Counted from the first letter of the stretch, positions 1-12,087 are shown. The stretch: DNA of 64,000 bases from Escherichia coli (GCF_013122565.1 NZ_CP053258.1); one strand, 5' to 3'. The notes: a model not told the origin generated them from the sequence alone. A program made the numbers and translations.

Positions 1-125
1 CGAATGCTGCGGCGCAACGGGCGCTGACAGGCGGCAAGAAAATCATCAAAAGAGAGCGTCGAAGGCATTGCTTCGCGCATTTGCGTCAGAAAGGCGTCCG
101 GGAAATAAACGGTATGTTGGGCCAC
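1..125 (-). CDS. rsmF: rRNA m5C methyltransferase RsmF (YebU), N-terminal fragment; gene runs off the window start
   Basis: Reverse complement of 1-125 translates from GTG (123-125) as [41 protein letters not shown], matching the recalled RsmF N-terminus. Sits downstream of letB as in K-12. Not in ORF track because truncated. Confidence 0.75.
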   Translation of the reverse strand, partial: MAQHTVYFPDAFLTQMREAMPSTLSFDDFLAACQRPLRRSI

Positions 126-204
126 GAGCATATACCACTGGCAAAAAAACAGGCGCGCAGTTTAGCATAAACGCTCCGGCGCAGGCACGCCGGAGCAGTG
201 GGCA

Positions 205-2838
205 TTATTTGGGAAGCGCAGTTCCCCATTCACGCCACTCTTTCGGTTCACTTTCCTGCAACAGGAAGTGCTTGCCTTCCTGGGCTTTCGGTGCCAGTGG
301 CGTACCCGGAGGCGTGGCGAAGGCGATGCCGCCACGGATAAACTGGTTAAAGGTGCCGGTTTTCACTACGCCGCCCGTCAAACCAAAGTCCAGACTGTAA
401 CCCGATGCCAACCAGAAGATGGAATTGTTACGCACCAGGTGTTGATAGCGTTTACTGATGCGCATCGCAATCATCACGCGATCAGACAATGTCCCCAGCG
501 TCATTCCGGTAACCGTACCTACTTCCAGACCACGGAACAGCACAGGCGTACCAATACCTAACGAACCGGCTTCAGGCGCTTCAACAATAATGCTTAAGCC
601 ATCCAGGTAACGCGAATCAGTAATGGTGGCCTCTTGCAACTCAAAGTCGCGGCGAGGATTACCCCGACCTGGTTCGACGTTGATATACGGCTGGAGGATG
701 GTATCAAGATGCTCAACGCCCGCGGCTGAAATTTGCGGTGTGACCACCGAGAAGCGCGTACCGCCGCGGGCGAAGGTCTGGACATACTCCGGATAGAGCA
801 CCGCTTTTGCCTGCACTTCATTGCGCGCGGTAATCAGATCCAGCGTCTGGATTTGCCCGATATCAATACCGAGATAGCGAATTGGCATCCCGACCGCCAG
901 TTTTCCGGCATCGAAAGCGTGGAGCGTAATCTGCCCGCCAACCGCACGGGCTGCTGTTTCGGAAGCATACAGAATACGTTTGTCGCCTTTACGCTGACTG
1001 GCGCTGGCACCGCTGAGGTTATCGAAGCTAATGGCTCCCTTTAATGCTCTGGAGAGCGGGGATGCCTGTACGGTCAGGCCGCTGCCATTCAGCTGAACTT
1101 TCGCCCCGCCTTCTGCCCAGAACACGCTATTGCTGGTCAGAAGGTTGCGATACTCCGGCTTAATATGCAGATCGATATCAAACGCGTTAGCTCGCGGACG
1201 CACGGTAATCACTTCACCAACTTCAAATTTACGGTACAGCACTACCGATCCTGCCTGCACATCCGGCAGCGTCTCTGCACTCAAACTCACGGTTGTGGTG
1301 GGTAAATCGCTAAGGCTGTTCTCCAGCGCTTTTTCCAGATTTGCATACAGTGGATAGCTGGCTTTCATCTCGCCTTTATCGCCCGGCAGAATACGTATCC
1401 CGCCGTTAATCCATTCTGAGGCGCTGGCACCGAGAAACTCAACGCCATCCAGCCCCACCTTCACGTCGACACGGCTGTTGACGACAAATTTGCTATCGCC
1501 TTTTACCAGTTCGCGATGCTGAGGCTCGATGGCGACGGTAAAGGTAACGCCTTTGCTGGTGAGTTTACGATCAATAACCTGGCCTACCTGCACGCCGTGA
1601 AGAATGAGCGGCTGACCAGCATCAATACCGTAACTTTCCGGCGCGGTCAGGGTCAGCGTCAGAACATCAGGTTCATGCAGCAGTGCTTTTTCGCCTGGCA
1701 CAACAACGAACTCTTTGCGTGGCTCGCCATCGCCGGGCACCAACTCAAAGGTTTTGCCAGTCAGCAGGGCGCTGAGATTGGCATCGCTAAGGGATAATTT
1801 CGGGTTGCGTAATTCGATGCGGGTATTTTCCCGTAGCAGCGTAACGACGCTGGGATCAACGGTCATTTCTCCGGTGACTTTACCACCAGGATTTAAATCC
1901 AGTTTAGTCAGCTGTCCGACTTCCAGCCCCTGATACATTAACGGCGTCGAGTCGGCGGTTAATCCGGCCCCACTCGGCAGTTCCAGTTTTATTATTACGC
2001 CACGCTGGCTGTGGGCCAGATCTTCATACAGACCAAAGGTATCTTCCGCCTCGGCAGGTTTCGACTCTTCAGGTGAATCGAAGGCAATCGCACCGTTAAC
2101 CAGTGCCGCCAGACTTTCCAGTTTCACCTTCGCGCCACTGATACTGACGTTGGCATCAACGCCAGAAACATTCCAGAAACGGCTACCTTTTTTCACCAGG
2201 TCGGTAAAACGCCGCTCGATCAGGACATCAATCACCACGCCTTGTTTATTGGGATTGATGGCATAGTCGTAGACTTTACCCACCGGGATCTTGCGGAAAT
2301 AGACCAATGAACCGCTGTTCAGCGAACCGAGATCGGGAGCTTGCAGGTGGATCATCAGATCGCCGTTATCCAGCCGATACTTCGGTTGGGTATCGAGTGC
2401 GACAAAGTGATCCTGCTCTTTACCTTTACCTGGCATCATGCCGATATAGTTACCACCGACGAGGGCGTCCAGCCCGGAGACACCTGCCAACGAGGCCTTT
2501 GGCGTCACCAGCCAGAACTGTGTCTCTTCGCGCAGCGCATCTTTCATATCGGATTTGATGCTGACCTTGACTTCAATCTTACGAAGATCGTCGCTGAGGC
2601 TGATATCCTGCACTGTTCCGACTTCAACGCCCTGATAACGAACAGGCGTACGGCCTGGAACAATACCATCCGCCGACATAAAGTCGATGGTGACGGTATT
2701 ACCCCGGTCCTGATAACTGTCCCAAATCAGCCAACCGGCAATCATTAGCGCGATGAACGGCAGCAGCCAGAAAGGTGAGATACGGCGTTTATTTTTAATC
2801 TGCGCTTCAGTCGTCGAAGCGGGCGTTTCCTGACTCAT
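205..2838 (-). CDS. letB: Lipophilic envelope-spanning tunnel protein LetB (YebT), multi-MCE-domain
   Basis: ORF 205-2880; start trimmed to the [19 protein letters not shown] methionine, giving 877 aa. Overlaps the upstream letA stop as in the K-12 yebST operon. Confidence 0.9.
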   Translation of the reverse strand: MSQETPASTTEAQIKNKRRISPFWLLPFIALMIAGWLIWDSYQDRGNTVTIDFMSADGIVPGRTPVRYQGVEVGTVQDISLSDDLRKIEVKVSIKSDMKDALREETQFWLVTPKASLAGVSGLDALVGGNYIGMMPGKGKEQDHFVALDTQPKYRLDNGDLMIHLQAPDLGSLNSGSLVYFRKIPVGKVYDYAINPNKQGVVIDVLIERRFTDLVKKGSRFWNVSGVDANVSISGAKVKLESLAALVNGAIAFDSPEESKPAEAEDTFGLYEDLAHSQRGVIIKLELPSGAGLTADSTPLMYQGLEVGQLTKLDLNPGGKVTGEMTVDPSVVTLLRENTRIELRNPKLSLSDANLSALLTGKTFELVPGDGEPRKEFVVVPGEKALLHEPDVLTLTLTAPESYGIDAGQPLILHGVQVGQVIDRKLTSKGVTFTVAIEPQHRELVKGDSKFVVNSRVDVKVGLDGVEFLGASASEWINGGIRILPGDKGEMKASYPLYANLEKALENSLSDLPTTTVSLSAETLPDVQAGSVVLYRKFEVGEVITVRPRANAFDIDLHIKPEYRNLLTSNSVFWAEGGAKVQLNGSGLTVQASPLSRALKGAISFDNLSGASASQRKGDKRILYASETAARAVGGQITLHAFDAGKLAVGMPIRYLGIDIGQIQTLDLITARNEVQAKAVLYPEYVQTFARGGTRFSVVTPQISAAGVEHLDTILQPYINVEPGRGNPRRDFELQEATITDSRYLDGLSIIVEAPEAGSLGIGTPVLFRGLEVGTVTGMTLGTLSDRVMIAMRISKRYQHLVRNNSIFWLASGYSLDFGLTGGVVKTGTFNQFIRGGIAFATPPGTPLAPKAQEGKHFLLQESEPKEWREWGTALPK

Positions 2839-4090
2839 GTGCATCCCAAAGTAAGCGGCTGTCCAGCCATTCCACAGCAAGAATAGTCAAAATTACCGCT
2901 GCGCCGAAATAAAACGCAGCCGGTCCCATAGTAAAAGCGAGAATCTGATCGCGATTAATCAGCGACATGGTTAAAGATATGACAAACAGGTCGAGCATCG
3001 ACCAGCGACCAATCCAGGTCACCATTCGCAGTAACAGAATGCGTGTGCGTAAACCTTGTTGGCATTTAAAATGAATGCTCAACAGTAAAGTGAACATGAC
3101 GATCACTTTAGTAAACGGAACCAGAATACTGGCGATAAACACGATTCCTGCAACCGCAATGTTGCTACTTGCCAGCGACATAATTCCGGAAAGAATTGTA
3201 TCTTCCTGCCGTCCTCCGTTCAGATAAATGATAGAAATAGGCAACAGGTTGGCAGGTAACAATAAGACGATTGACGCTAACAGCGCCGCCCAGCATTTTT
3301 GCAAACTATGACGGCGACGCAGGCGTAGCGGAATATGGCAACGCGGGCAGCGACCACGCTGATCAGGATAGCCGGTAAAATGGCACCCAAGACAGACACG
3401 AAGTTTCTCGTCCCTACGCGTAGCGGGGCGCTGCGGATAAAATCGCTCCCACAGCTCCTCAACATTAAGATGTGACAACGTCACCGTTGTTAAAATCACC
3501 AACGCCACAAAAGAGAACAAGCCGACGCCAGCCTGGATATGGGCATAATCCTGTACCTTTATAGAAGCAACGCCAATGCCGACCAGGTAGATATCCAGCA
3601 TTACCCACTCTTTAAGGCGCTCAAGCATCAGCAGTACCGGGCGTAAGTTCATTCCCAGTCGGTTACCAAACCATAAATAAGCTATGGAGGTCACCAGAAT
3701 GAGGGGGGCACCAATAACGCAGAAAAAGACCATCGACCCCGTTATCGTATCGCCCTGTTTGGTCATTTGCCAGATGCCTTGCATGACGTTGGCGTCGATA
3801 CGAATACCTAACAGCCAGATATGCAACAGCGGTTCGCCCCAGGCAAACGGCATCAGCAACAGCATGGTGAAAGCCATTGCCGCCAGGCGCGTTAGCGACC
3901 AGTCGCGCCCGTCGCGAATTTTTGCCTGACAGCGCGGACAATAGGCACTCTGATGAGAATTTATCTCGGGCAGGCTAAACAGCATGTCACATTGCGGGCA
4001 ACGTTGGTAATCACCACGCGGCAGTTCCTCGCCGATTGCCCTCACTGTTATCTTTTTTGTCGGCGTAATTTGTTGTGTGTTAAGAGCCAT
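2807..4090 (-). CDS. letA: Inner-membrane protein LetA (YebS), PqiA family
   Basis: 427-aa ORF starting [22 protein letters not shown] with paired Cys-rich zinc-ribbon-like motifs and TM segments; directly upstream of letB. Confidence 0.9.
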   Translation of the reverse strand: MALNTQQITPTKKITVRAIGEELPRGDYQRCPQCDMLFSLPEINSHQSAYCPRCQAKIRDGRDWSLTRLAAMAFTMLLLMPFAWGEPLLHIWLLGIRIDANVMQGIWQMTKQGDTITGSMVFFCVIGAPLILVTSIAYLWFGNRLGMNLRPVLLMLERLKEWVMLDIYLVGIGVASIKVQDYAHIQAGVGLFSFVALVILTTVTLSHLNVEELWERFYPQRPATRRDEKLRVCLGCHFTGYPDQRGRCPRCHIPLRLRRRHSLQKCWAALLASIVLLLPANLLPISIIYLNGGRQEDTILSGIMSLASSNIAVAGIVFIASILVPFTKVIVMFTLLLSIHFKCQQGLRTRILLLRMVTWIGRWSMLDLFVISLTMSLINRDQILAFTMGPAAFYFGAAVILTILAVEWLDSRLLWDAHESGNARFDD

Positions 4091-4219
4091 GACGTGCCAA
4101 ATGTAATAAGAATTAACATTAATCTTAACCCATGATTGGAATGATCTTGAGCATTAACGCATTTAATGCTTATTTTAATAGGCTGGCAGTTCCTGGTAAG
4201 ACAACCAAGTGATTATATA

Positions 4220-4717
4220 ATGAACAAAACAGAATTTTACGCGGATTTAAATCGCGACTTTAACGCGCTGATGGCAGGAGAAACCAGTTTTCTGGCAACG
4301 CTTGCGAACACCAGTGCGTTGTTATATGAGCGTCTCACTGACGTAAACTGGGCAGGTTTTTATTTGCTTGAGGACGATACACTGGTACTCGGACCATTTC
4401 AGGGCAAAATTGCCTGTGTCCGGATACCCGTCGGGCGCGGCGTGTGCGGCACTGCGGTTGCCCGCAATCAAGTGCAGCGTATCGAGGATGTTCATGCGTT
4501 TGACGGGCATATTGCCTGTGATGCGGCGAGTAATTCTGAAATTGTTCTGCCGCTGGTGGTGAAAAATCAGATTATTGGTGTTCTCGACATCGATAGTACC
4601 GTCTTCGGTCGCTTTACAGACGAGGACGAGCAAGGCTTACGTCAGCTTGTGGCACAGCTTGAAAAGGTGCTTGCAACGACGGATTACAAAAAATTCTTTG
4701 CGAGCGTCGCAGGATAA
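4220..4717 (+). CDS. msrC: Free methionine-(R)-sulfoxide reductase (GAF domain)
   Basis: ORF 4166-4717; start trimmed to MNKTEFYADLNRDF (165 aa). Divergent from letA. Confidence 0.88.
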   Translation: MNKTEFYADLNRDFNALMAGETSFLATLANTSALLYERLTDVNWAGFYLLEDDTLVLGPFQGKIACVRIPVGRGVCGTAVARNQVQRIEDVHAFDGHIACDAASNSEIVLPLVVKNQIIGVLDIDSTVFGRFTDEDEQGLRQLVAQLEKVLATTDYKKFFASVAG

Positions 4718-4813
4718 TCAACGGATAACGTAGCATTTACTGATAGCGTCATTATAATGACGCCTGTTCATGCCTGCGCTTGTTGGCTACGTCCGTTGTA
4801 ATCAGGAAATTTC

Positions 4814-5512
4814 ATGGAAAATCAACCTAAGTTGAATAGCAGTAAAGAAGTAATCGCGTTTCTGGCCGAACGTTTTCCCCACTGTTTCAGTGCGGAAGGT
4901 GAAGCGCGTCCGCTGAAAATCGGTATTTTTCAGGATTTGGTCGATCGTGTTGCCGGGGAAATGAACCTGAGCAAAACGCAATTACGATCCGCTTTACGTC
5001 TCTACACTTCGAGCTGGCGTTATCTTTACGGTGTTAAACCCGGCGCAACGCGTGTCGATCTTGACGGCAACCCATGCGGTGAGCTGGATGAGCAACATGT
5101 AGAGCATGCTCGCAAGCAGCTTGAAGAAGCGAAAGCGCGTGTTCAGGCACAGCGTGCTGAACAGCAAGCGAAAAAACGCGAAGCTGCCGCAGCTGCTGGT
5201 GAGAAAGAAGACACACCGCGCCGCGAACGCAAGCCACGTCCGACCACGCCACGTCGCAAAGAAGGCGCTGAACGTAAACCTCGTGCGCAAAAGCCGGTAG
5301 AGAAAGCGCCAAAAACAGTAAAAGCACCTCGCGAAGAACAGCACACCCCGGTTTCTGACATTTCAGCTCTGACTGTCGGACAAGCCCTGAAGGTGAAAGC
5401 GGGTCAAAACGCGATGGATGCCACCGTATTAGAAATCACCAAAGACGGCGTCCGCGTCCAGCTGAATTCGGGTATGTCTTTGATTGTGCGCGCAGAACAC
5501 CTGGTGTTCTGA
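4814..5512 (+). CDS. proQ: RNA chaperone ProQ
   Basis: 232-aa ORF starting [25 protein letters not shown], with a basic Lys/Arg/Ala-rich linker; immediately upstream of prc. Confidence 0.95.
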   Translation: MENQPKLNSSKEVIAFLAERFPHCFSAEGEARPLKIGIFQDLVDRVAGEMNLSKTQLRSALRLYTSSWRYLYGVKPGATRVDLDGNPCGELDEQHVEHARKQLEEAKARVQAQRAEQQAKKREAAAAAGEKEDTPRRERKPRPTTPRRKEGAERKPRAQKPVEKAPKTVKAPREEQHTPVSDISALTVGQALKVKAGQNAMDATVLEITKDGVRVQLNSGMSLIVRAEHLVF

Positions 5513-5531
5513 AACGGAGGCCGGGCCAGGC

Positions 5532-7580
5532 ATGAACATGTTTTTTAGGCTTACCGCGTTAGCTGGCCTGCTTGCAATAGCAGGCCAGACCTTCGCTGTA
5601 GAAGATATCACGCGTGCTGATCAAATTCCGGTATTAAAGGAAGAGACGCAGCATGCGACGGTAAGTGAGCGCGTAACGTCGCGCTTCACCCGTTCTCATT
5701 ATCGCCAGTTCGACCTCGATCAGGCATTTTCGGCCAAAATCTTTGACCGCTACCTGAATCTGCTCGATTACAGCCACAACGTGCTGCTGGCAAGCGATGT
5801 TGAACAGTTCGCGAAAAAGAAAACCGAGTTAGGCGATGAACTGCGTTCAGGCAAACTCGACGTTTTCTACGATCTCTACAATCTGGCGCAAAAGCGCCGT
5901 TTTGAGCGTTACCAGTACGCTTTGTCGGTACTGGAAAAGCCGATGGATTTCACCGGCAACGACACTTATAACCTTGACCGCAGCAAAGCGCCCTGGCCGA
6001 AAAACGAGGCTGAGTTGAACGCGCTGTGGGACAGTAAAGTCAAATTCGACGAGTTAAGCCTGAAGCTGGCAGGAAAAACGGATAAAGAAATTCGTGAAAC
6101 CCTGACACGCCGCTACAAATTTGCCATTCGTCGTCTGGCGCAAACCAACAGCGAAGATGTTTTCTCGCTGGCAATGACGGCGTTTGCGCGTGAAATCGAC
6201 CCGCATACCAACTATCTTTCCCCGCGTAATACCGAACAGTTCAACACTGAAATGAGTTTGTCGCTGGAAGGTATTGGCGCAGTGCTGCAAATGGATGATG
6301 ACTACACCGTTATCAATTCGATGGTGGCAGGTGGTCCGGCAGCGAAGAGTAAAGCTATCAGCGTTGGTGACAAAATTGTCGGTGTTGGTCAAACAGGCAA
6401 GCCGATGGTTGACGTGATTGGCTGGCGTCTTGATGATGTGGTTGCCTTAATTAAAGGGCCGAAGGGCAGTAAAGTTCGTCTGGAAATTTTACCTGCTGGT
6501 AAAGGGACCAAGACCCGTACTGTAACGTTGACCCGTGAACGTATTCGTCTCGAAGACCGCGCGGTTAAAATGTCGGTGAAGACCGTCGGTAAAGAGAAAG
6601 TCGGCGTACTGGATATTCCGGGCTTCTATGTGGGTTTGACAGACGATGTCAAAGTACAACTGCAGAAACTGGAAAAACAGAATGTCAGCAGTGTGATCAT
6701 CGACCTGCGTAGCAATGGCGGTGGGGCGTTGACCGAAGCGGTATCGCTCTCAGGTCTGTTTATTCCTGCGGGTCCTATTGTTCAGGTCCGTGATAACAAC
6801 GGTAAAGTTCGTGAAGACAGCGATACCGACGGACAGGTTTTCTATAAAGGCCCGCTGGTGGTACTGGTTGACCGCTTCAGTGCTTCGGCTTCAGAAATCT
6901 TTGCCGCGGCAATGCAGGATTACGGTCGTGCGCTGGTTGTGGGTGAACCGACGTTTGGTAAAGGCACCGTTCAGCAATACCGTTCATTGAACCGTATTTA
7001 CGATCAGATGTTACGTCCTGAATGGCCAGCGCTGGGTTCTGTGCAGTACACGATCCAGAAATTCTATCGCGTTAACGGCGGCAGTACGCAACGTAAAGGC
7101 GTAACGCCAGACATCATCATGCCGACGGGTAATGAAGAAACGGAAACGGGTGAGAAATTCGAAGATAACGCGCTGCCGTGGGATAGCATTGATGCCGCGA
7201 CTTATGTGAAATCAGGAGATTTAACGGCCTTTGAACCGGAGCTACTGAAGGAACATAATGCGCGTATCGCGAAAGATCCTGAGTTCCAGAACATCATGAA
7301 GGATATCGCGCGCTTCAACGCTATGAAGGACAAGCGCAATATCGTTTCTCTGAATTACGCTGTGCGTGAGAAAGAGAATAATGAAGATGATGCGACGCGT
7401 CTGGCGCGTTTGAACGAACGCTTTAAACGCGAAGGTAAACCGGAGTTGAAGAAACTGGATGATCTACCGAAAGATTACCAGGAGCCGGATCCTTATCTGG
7501 ATGAGACGGTGAATATCGCACTCGATCTGGCGAAGCTTGAAAAAGCCAGACCCGCGGAACAACCCGCACCCGTCAAGTAA
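5532..7580 (+). CDS. prc: Tail-specific periplasmic protease Prc
   Basis: ORF 5484-7580; start trimmed to MNMFFRLTALAGLLAIAGQTFA signal peptide (682 aa). Confidence 0.95.
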   Translation: MNMFFRLTALAGLLAIAGQTFAVEDITRADQIPVLKEETQHATVSERVTSRFTRSHYRQFDLDQAFSAKIFDRYLNLLDYSHNVLLASDVEQFAKKKTELGDELRSGKLDVFYDLYNLAQKRRFERYQYALSVLEKPMDFTGNDTYNLDRSKAPWPKNEAELNALWDSKVKFDELSLKLAGKTDKEIRETLTRRYKFAIRRLAQTNSEDVFSLAMTAFAREIDPHTNYLSPRNTEQFNTEMSLSLEGIGAVLQMDDDYTVINSMVAGGPAAKSKAISVGDKIVGVGQTGKPMVDVIGWRLDDVVALIKGPKGSKVRLEILPAGKGTKTRTVTLTRERIRLEDRAVKMSVKTVGKEKVGVLDIPGFYVGLTDDVKVQLQKLEKQNVSSVIIDLRSNGGGALTEAVSLSGLFIPAGPIVQVRDNNGKVREDSDTDGQVFYKGPLVVLVDRFSASASEIFAAAMQDYGRALVVGEPTFGKGTVQQYRSLNRIYDQMLRPEWPALGSVQYTIQKFYRVNGGSTQRKGVTPDIIMPTGNEETETGEKFEDNALPWDSIDAATYVKSGDLTAFEPELLKEHNARIAKDPEFQNIMKDIARFNAMKDKRNIVSLNYAVREKENNEDDATRLARLNERFKREGKPELKKLDDLPKDYQEPDPYLDETVNIALDLAKLEKARPAEQPAPVK

Positions 7581-7586
7581 TATCAA

Positions 7587-7616
7587 TCAGGCACAAGAAA
7601 TTGTGCCTGATTTTTT
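7587..7616 (+). terminator. Rho-independent terminator downstream of prc
   Basis: Stem tcaggcacaa / ttgtgcctga with gaaa loop followed by a T6 run, 7 nt after the prc stop. Confidence 0.7.
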
Positions 7617-7771
7617 AACAGCGGCAAGATGCCGTAAATCAGATGCTACAAAATGTAAAGTTGTGTCTTTATGGTGACTTACGCGCTATCCAGACTTGAA
7701 AATAGTCGCGTAACCCATACGATGTGGGTATCGCATATTGCGTTTTGTTAAACTGAGGTAAAAAGAAAATT

Positions 7772-8653
7772 ATGATGCGAATCGCGCTCTTCCTGCTAAC
7801 GAACCTGGCCGTAATGGTCGTTTTCGGGCTGGTACTGAGCCTGACAGGGATACAGTCGAGCAGCGTTCAGGGGCTGATGATCATGGCCTTGCTGTTCGGT
7901 TTCGGTGGTTCCTTCGTTTCGCTTCTGATGTCCAAATGGATGGCATTACGATCTGTTGGCGGGGAAGTGATCGAGCAACCGCGTAACGAAAGGGAACGTT
8001 GGCTGGTCAATACTGTAGCAACCCAGGCTCGTCAGGCGGGGATCGCTATGCCGCAAGTGGCTATCTACCATGCGCCGGACATCAACGCTTTTGCAACCGG
8101 TGCGCGCCGTGATGCCTCTCTGGTTGCTGTCAGCACCGGTTTGCTGCAGAACATGAGCCCGGATGAAGCCGAGGCGGTAATTGCTCACGAAATCAGCCAC
8201 ATCGCCAATGGTGATATGGTCACCATGACGCTGATTCAGGGCGTGGTGAACACCTTCGTTATCTTTATTTCCCGTATTCTGGCGCAGCTTGCCGCGGGTT
8301 TTATGGGCGGAAATCGTGATGAAGGTGAAGAGAGCAACGGCAACCCGCTGATCTACTTTGCGGTTGCAACGGTTCTGGAACTGGTGTTTGGTATTCTGGC
8401 GAGCATTATCACCATGTGGTTCTCGCGTCATCGTGAATTCCATGCTGATGCCGGTTCGGCAAAACTGGTTGGTCGAGAGAAAATGATTGCCGCGCTGCAG
8501 CGCCTGAAAACCAGCTATGAACCGCAAGAAGCAACCAGTATGATGGCTTTCTGTATTAACGGTAAGTCGAAATCGCTCAGTGAGTTGTTCATGACTCACC
8601 CGCCGCTGGATAAACGTATTGAAGCTCTGCGTACGGGTGAATACCTGAAGTAA
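7772..8653 (+). CDS. htpX: Membrane zinc metalloprotease HtpX
   Basis: 293-aa ORF starting [20 protein letters not shown], with HEISH zinc motif. Confidence 0.95.
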
Positions 8654-8672
8654 TATGAAGTAAATACTAAAA

Positions 8673-8701
8673 AGCGCGTCCTGAACGACGCGCTTTTTTT
8701 A
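8673..8701. terminator. Bidirectional terminator hairpin between convergent htpX and yebQ
   Basis: Stem agcgcgtc / gacgcgct flanked by an A-run and a T7 run; overlaps the yebQ stop codon. Confidence 0.6.
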
Positions 8702-10072
8702 TGCCCTGGATCGTGGCTGAGTGATACGTAAACCACTGACACAGGCAGCAATCACTGCCAGAATAGCCGCAGCCATCAGCGAGACGTGCGTACCATTATC
8801 ACCAAAGTGATTTAGCATCAGCGCCACCAGCGCCGCGCCGCTACTCTGACCCAGTAGACGAGCCGTCCCTAACATGCCACTGGCTCCACCGCTACGTTCG
8901 CGAGGAGCGGAGGTAATAATGGTGTGGTTATTGGGTGACTGGAATAAGCCAAATCCAGCACCACATAAGATCATCGGCCAGATAATATTGATATCCGCAG
9001 GTGACGCGGGCAGCAGAACCAGGGAAAAAAGCCCCGCAGCCATGATGAACAATCCTAAAGCACCCAGCAATCCTGCATGTACGCGTTCAATCAAATAGCC
9101 TGCCAGCGGAGCCATCACCATCGTTGCTAACGGCCACGGTGTCAGAAGTAAACCTGTTTCGACTTCACTACGCCCGAGCACGGTTTGCAGGTAAAAGGGC
9201 AGGGAAACCATTGCCAGCATTTGTGCGCAGAAAGAGCAAACAGATGTGCAAATAGAAAGTGAAAACAGCGGGATACGCAGTAAATCCACCGGTAGCAGCG
9301 GTACGGGAAGAGAAAGCTGGCGGCGAATAAAGAAAATACCAACGACAACCATTACCACCAGCTCCGCACCAATCAATGTCAGCGATTGCCCCTGAGCGAA
9401 ACCACTCAACGCAGTGATAAGCAGGCCGAAGGTTAACGCGTTCATCACGGCGCTGGGCAGGTCGAAACGGGGTTTACTGGCGCGAGAACCATTGGGTGGC
9501 AGAAAACGCATTGCCAGAAGCAGGGCGATAATACCCAACGGTACGTTGATTAAAAATAACCATTTCCAGGATGCGATGGAGAGGATTGCTGCAGCAATTG
9601 TCGGCCCGGCAGCAGAAGAGACGGCAACAATAAACGAGTTTATGCCCATCCCTCTACCCAGAAAACGTTGTGGATAGATCAGGCGGATAAGGGCGGTATT
9701 AACGCTCATCAACGCTGCACCGCCGAAACCTTGTATGACACGCGCAAGGGTGAGCATTTGCAGCGAATCAGAAAGGGCGCAGAACAGTGAAGACAACAGA
9801 AAAACGACCAGACCGCATTTATAAATACGTCGATAGCCAAACATATCACCCAGAAACGAAAACGAGAGCAGGGAGATGACAATGGCGATTTGATAGGCGT
9901 TCACTACCCAGATGGAACTGGCTGGCGTGGCATGAAGGTCCGTGGCGATTGTTGGCAAGGCGACGTTGGCGATTGCGCCGTCAAGGACAGCCATCGAAAT
10001 ACCAATCACAATGGTTAATATCGCACCGTATCGCTGGGGCAATGGCAGGCCGTCGGCCTGAACTTTTGGCAT
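8699..10072 (-). CDS. yebQ: MFS transporter YebQ
   Basis: ORF 8699-10183; start trimmed to MPKVQADGLPLPQRYGAIL (457 aa), multi-TM MFS profile. Confidence 0.85.
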   Translation of the reverse strand: MPKVQADGLPLPQRYGAILTIVIGISMAVLDGAIANVALPTIATDLHATPASSIWVVNAYQIAIVISLLSFSFLGDMFGYRRIYKCGLVVFLLSSLFCALSDSLQMLTLARVIQGFGGAALMSVNTALIRLIYPQRFLGRGMGINSFIVAVSSAAGPTIAAAILSIASWKWLFLINVPLGIIALLLAMRFLPPNGSRASKPRFDLPSAVMNALTFGLLITALSGFAQGQSLTLIGAELVVMVVVGIFFIRRQLSLPVPLLPVDLLRIPLFSLSICTSVCSFCAQMLAMVSLPFYLQTVLGRSEVETGLLLTPWPLATMVMAPLAGYLIERVHAGLLGALGLFIMAAGLFSLVLLPASPADINIIWPMILCGAGFGLFQSPNNHTIITSAPRERSGGASGMLGTARLLGQSSGAALVALMLNHFGDNGTHVSLMAAAILAVIAACVSGLRITQPRSRA

Positions 10073-10248
10073 AGGAATTTTATATCTTTGGTGAATAATC
10101 AACAGGGGTATGATTCTAGCACTGATATTCACGGTGGATGTCGCAGAATTGTAACTAACCGGCAAAAGATGGATTGCGACCACCCTGGCGCGAAATTATA
10201 ATAAAAAACAGTTCTGATTTTTATAAAACACTCGCAATGAGGTGATAA

Positions 10249-11040
10249 ATGGCTAACGCAGATCTGGATAAACAGCCTGATTCTGTATCTTCCGTGCTAA
10301 AAGTTTTTGGCATTTTGCAGGCGCTGGGTGAAGAGCGCGAAATAGGGATAACCGAGCTGTCGCAGCGCGTCATGATGTCAAAAAGCACCGTTTATCGCTT
10401 TTTACAGACCATGAAAACCTTAGGTTATGTGGCCCAGGAAGGGGAGTCGGAGAAATATTCCCTGACCCTGAAATTGTTTGAACTGGGCGCTCGCGCGTTG
10501 CAAAACGTCGATTTAATTCGTAGCGCAGATATCCAGATGCGTGAGATCTCCCGCCTGACTAAAGAAACTATCCACCTCGGCGCACTGGATGAAGACAGTA
10601 TTGTTTACATTCACAAAATTGACTCTATGTACAATTTGCGCATGTATTCACGGATTGGGCGTCGTAATCCGCTGTACAGCACCGCGATTGGTAAGGTACT
10701 GCTGGCATGGCGCGATCGCGATGAAGTGAAGCAAATTCTTGAGGGCGTGGAGTATAAACGCAGTACCGAGCGGACTATCACCAGTACAGAAGCGTTATTA
10801 CCCGTTCTGGACCAGGTGCGCGAGCAGGGGTATGGCGAAGATAACGAAGAGCAGGAAGAAGGGCTGCGATGCATTGCGGTACCGGTATTTGATCGCTTTG
10901 GCGTGGTCATTGCCGGTTTGAGCATCTCCTTCCCGACGTTGCGTTTCTCTGAAGAGCGTTTACAGGAATATGTTGCAATGTTGCATACCGCAGCGCGCAA
11001 AATTTCTGCCCAAATGGGTTATCACGACTATCCGTTCTGA
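10249..11040 (+). CDS. kdgR: IclR-family transcriptional repressor KdgR
   Basis: 263-aa ORF starting MANADLDKQPDSVSSVLKVFGILQAL, IclR-type HTH plus effector domain. Confidence 0.95.
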   Translation: MANADLDKQPDSVSSVLKVFGILQALGEEREIGITELSQRVMMSKSTVYRFLQTMKTLGYVAQEGESEKYSLTLKLFELGARALQNVDLIRSADIQMREISRLTKETIHLGALDEDSIVYIHKIDSMYNLRMYSRIGRRNPLYSTAIGKVLLAWRDRDEVKQILEGVEYKRSTERTITSTEALLPVLDQVREQGYGEDNEEQEEGLRCIAVPVFDRFGVVIAGLSISFPTLRFSEERLQEYVAMLHTAARKISAQMGYHDYPF

Positions 11041-11047
11041 TGAGAGT

Positions 11048-11088
11048 AAGAACCTGTCGGAATATCAAACAGACAGGTTCTTTATTTT
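11048..11088 (+). terminator. Rho-independent terminator downstream of kdgR
   Basis: Stem aagaacctgtc / gacaggttctt with 13-nt loop followed by ttattttg. Confidence 0.6.
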
Positions 11089-11183
11089 GCATGAGAAAAA
11101 TAAAGTTGAAGGTGGCGTTAGATTAAACGCGCTTGCTATAAGAATTTTTTACTTGTGAGTGAGAATCTGGTTATTTATTACCC

Positions 11184-11423
11184 TTAACCATTATCGACCA
11201 CGATATTGCTTTTGCGTAACAGCGGGCAATCTGTTATCCCCAAAAAACCACTTTTAGTGTGCAAGTATTGTACCGTGCTGGTGCCTCTGGCAGTCAGATA
11301 GGTACATTGCAAACCTAATCCTGCGGCATTCTCTTTGCTTCCAATCAAAACGCCATATCCGCTGAGTAATAATCCTATCCATACCAGTGCTATCAGCATA
11401 ACTGTGCGAATGATGAATCGCAT
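11184..11423 (-). CDS. yobH: Small membrane protein YobH
   Basis: 79-aa ORF starting MRFIIRTVMLIALVWIGLLLSGYGVLIGS. Confidence 0.8.
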   Translation of the reverse strand: MRFIIRTVMLIALVWIGLLLSGYGVLIGSKENAAGLGLQCTYLTARGTSTVQYLHTKSGFLGITDCPLLRKSNIVVDNG

Positions 11424-11525
11424 TACAACCTCTTCTCTTTTTATGTTCGCTTAATCGTAGCGGCAATATGCGCTGAAGCAAGCGACTCATTCCGAAAAAG
11501 CACGAATATCGACATAGTTAGGCGC

Positions 11526-11550
11526 TGTTTAACTAACGCATGCTAGTTTA
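11526..11550 (+). promoter_or_regulatory. PhoP-box-like direct repeats upstream of mgrB
   Basis: TGTTTA at 11526-11531 and AGTTTA at 11545-11550, about 30 nt upstream of mgrB, which is known to be PhoP-activated. The spacing is not the canonical 5 nt, so the exact site is uncertain. Confidence 0.3.
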
Positions 11551-11581
11551 ATGACATAAGGTAGGTAAAACGGAGATTGGA

Positions 11582-11725
11582 GTGAAAAAGTTTCGATGGG
11601 TCGTTCTGGTTGTCGTGGTGTTGGCTTGCTTGCTGCTTTGGGCGCAGGTATTCAACATGATGTGCGATCAGGATGTACAATTTTTCAGCGGAATTTGTGC
11701 CATTAACCAGTTTATCCCGTGGTGA
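11582..11725 (+). CDS. mgrB: Small membrane protein MgrB (PhoQ feedback inhibitor), 47 aa
   Basis: GTG start preceded by GGAG SD; translates to [47 protein letters not shown]. Below the ORF-track size cutoff. Confidence 0.85.
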
Positions 11726-11799
11726 TATCATTTTTTCAGCACTAGATTTTCTTCCTCTCCAGCAATGGTAGAATAGCGCCTCTACTCAGAGGTGGTGAA

Positions 11800-12087
11800 A
11801 TGAACGAAGTTGTAAATTCAGGCGTGATGAGCATTGCGTCTTTGGTTGTATCGGTGGTGGTTCTTCTTATCGGGCTCATCTTGTGGTTTTTTATCAATCG
11901 TGCCAGTTCACGGACTAACGAACAGATTGAACTGCTTGAGGCGTTGCTGGATCAGCAAAAACGTCAAAATGCACTGTTACGTCGTTTGTGCGAAGCAAAC
12001 GAACCTGAGAAAGCAGATAAAAAGGCCGTTGAGAGTCAAAAATCGGTTGAAGACGAAGATATTATTCGTCTGGTCGCCGAACGATAA
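11800..12087 (+). CDS. yebO: Small membrane protein YebO
   Basis: 95-aa ORF starting MNEVVNSGVMSIASLVVSVVVLLIGLILWFF. Confidence 0.85.
   Translation: MNEVVNSGVMSIASLVVSVVVLLIGLILWFFINRASSRTNEQIELLEALLDQQKRQNALLRRLCEANEPEKADKKAVESQKSVEDEDIIRLVAER

Noticed and set aside
68-400. 110-aa plus-strand ORF at the window start
   Set aside because: Lies antisense across the rsmF 5' end, the rsmF-letB spacer and the letB 3' end; low-complexity, no SD, no recognisable domain.
7946-8599. 217-aa minus-strand ORF inside htpX
   Set aside because: Antisense shadow ORF; htpX on the plus strand has clear protease motifs.
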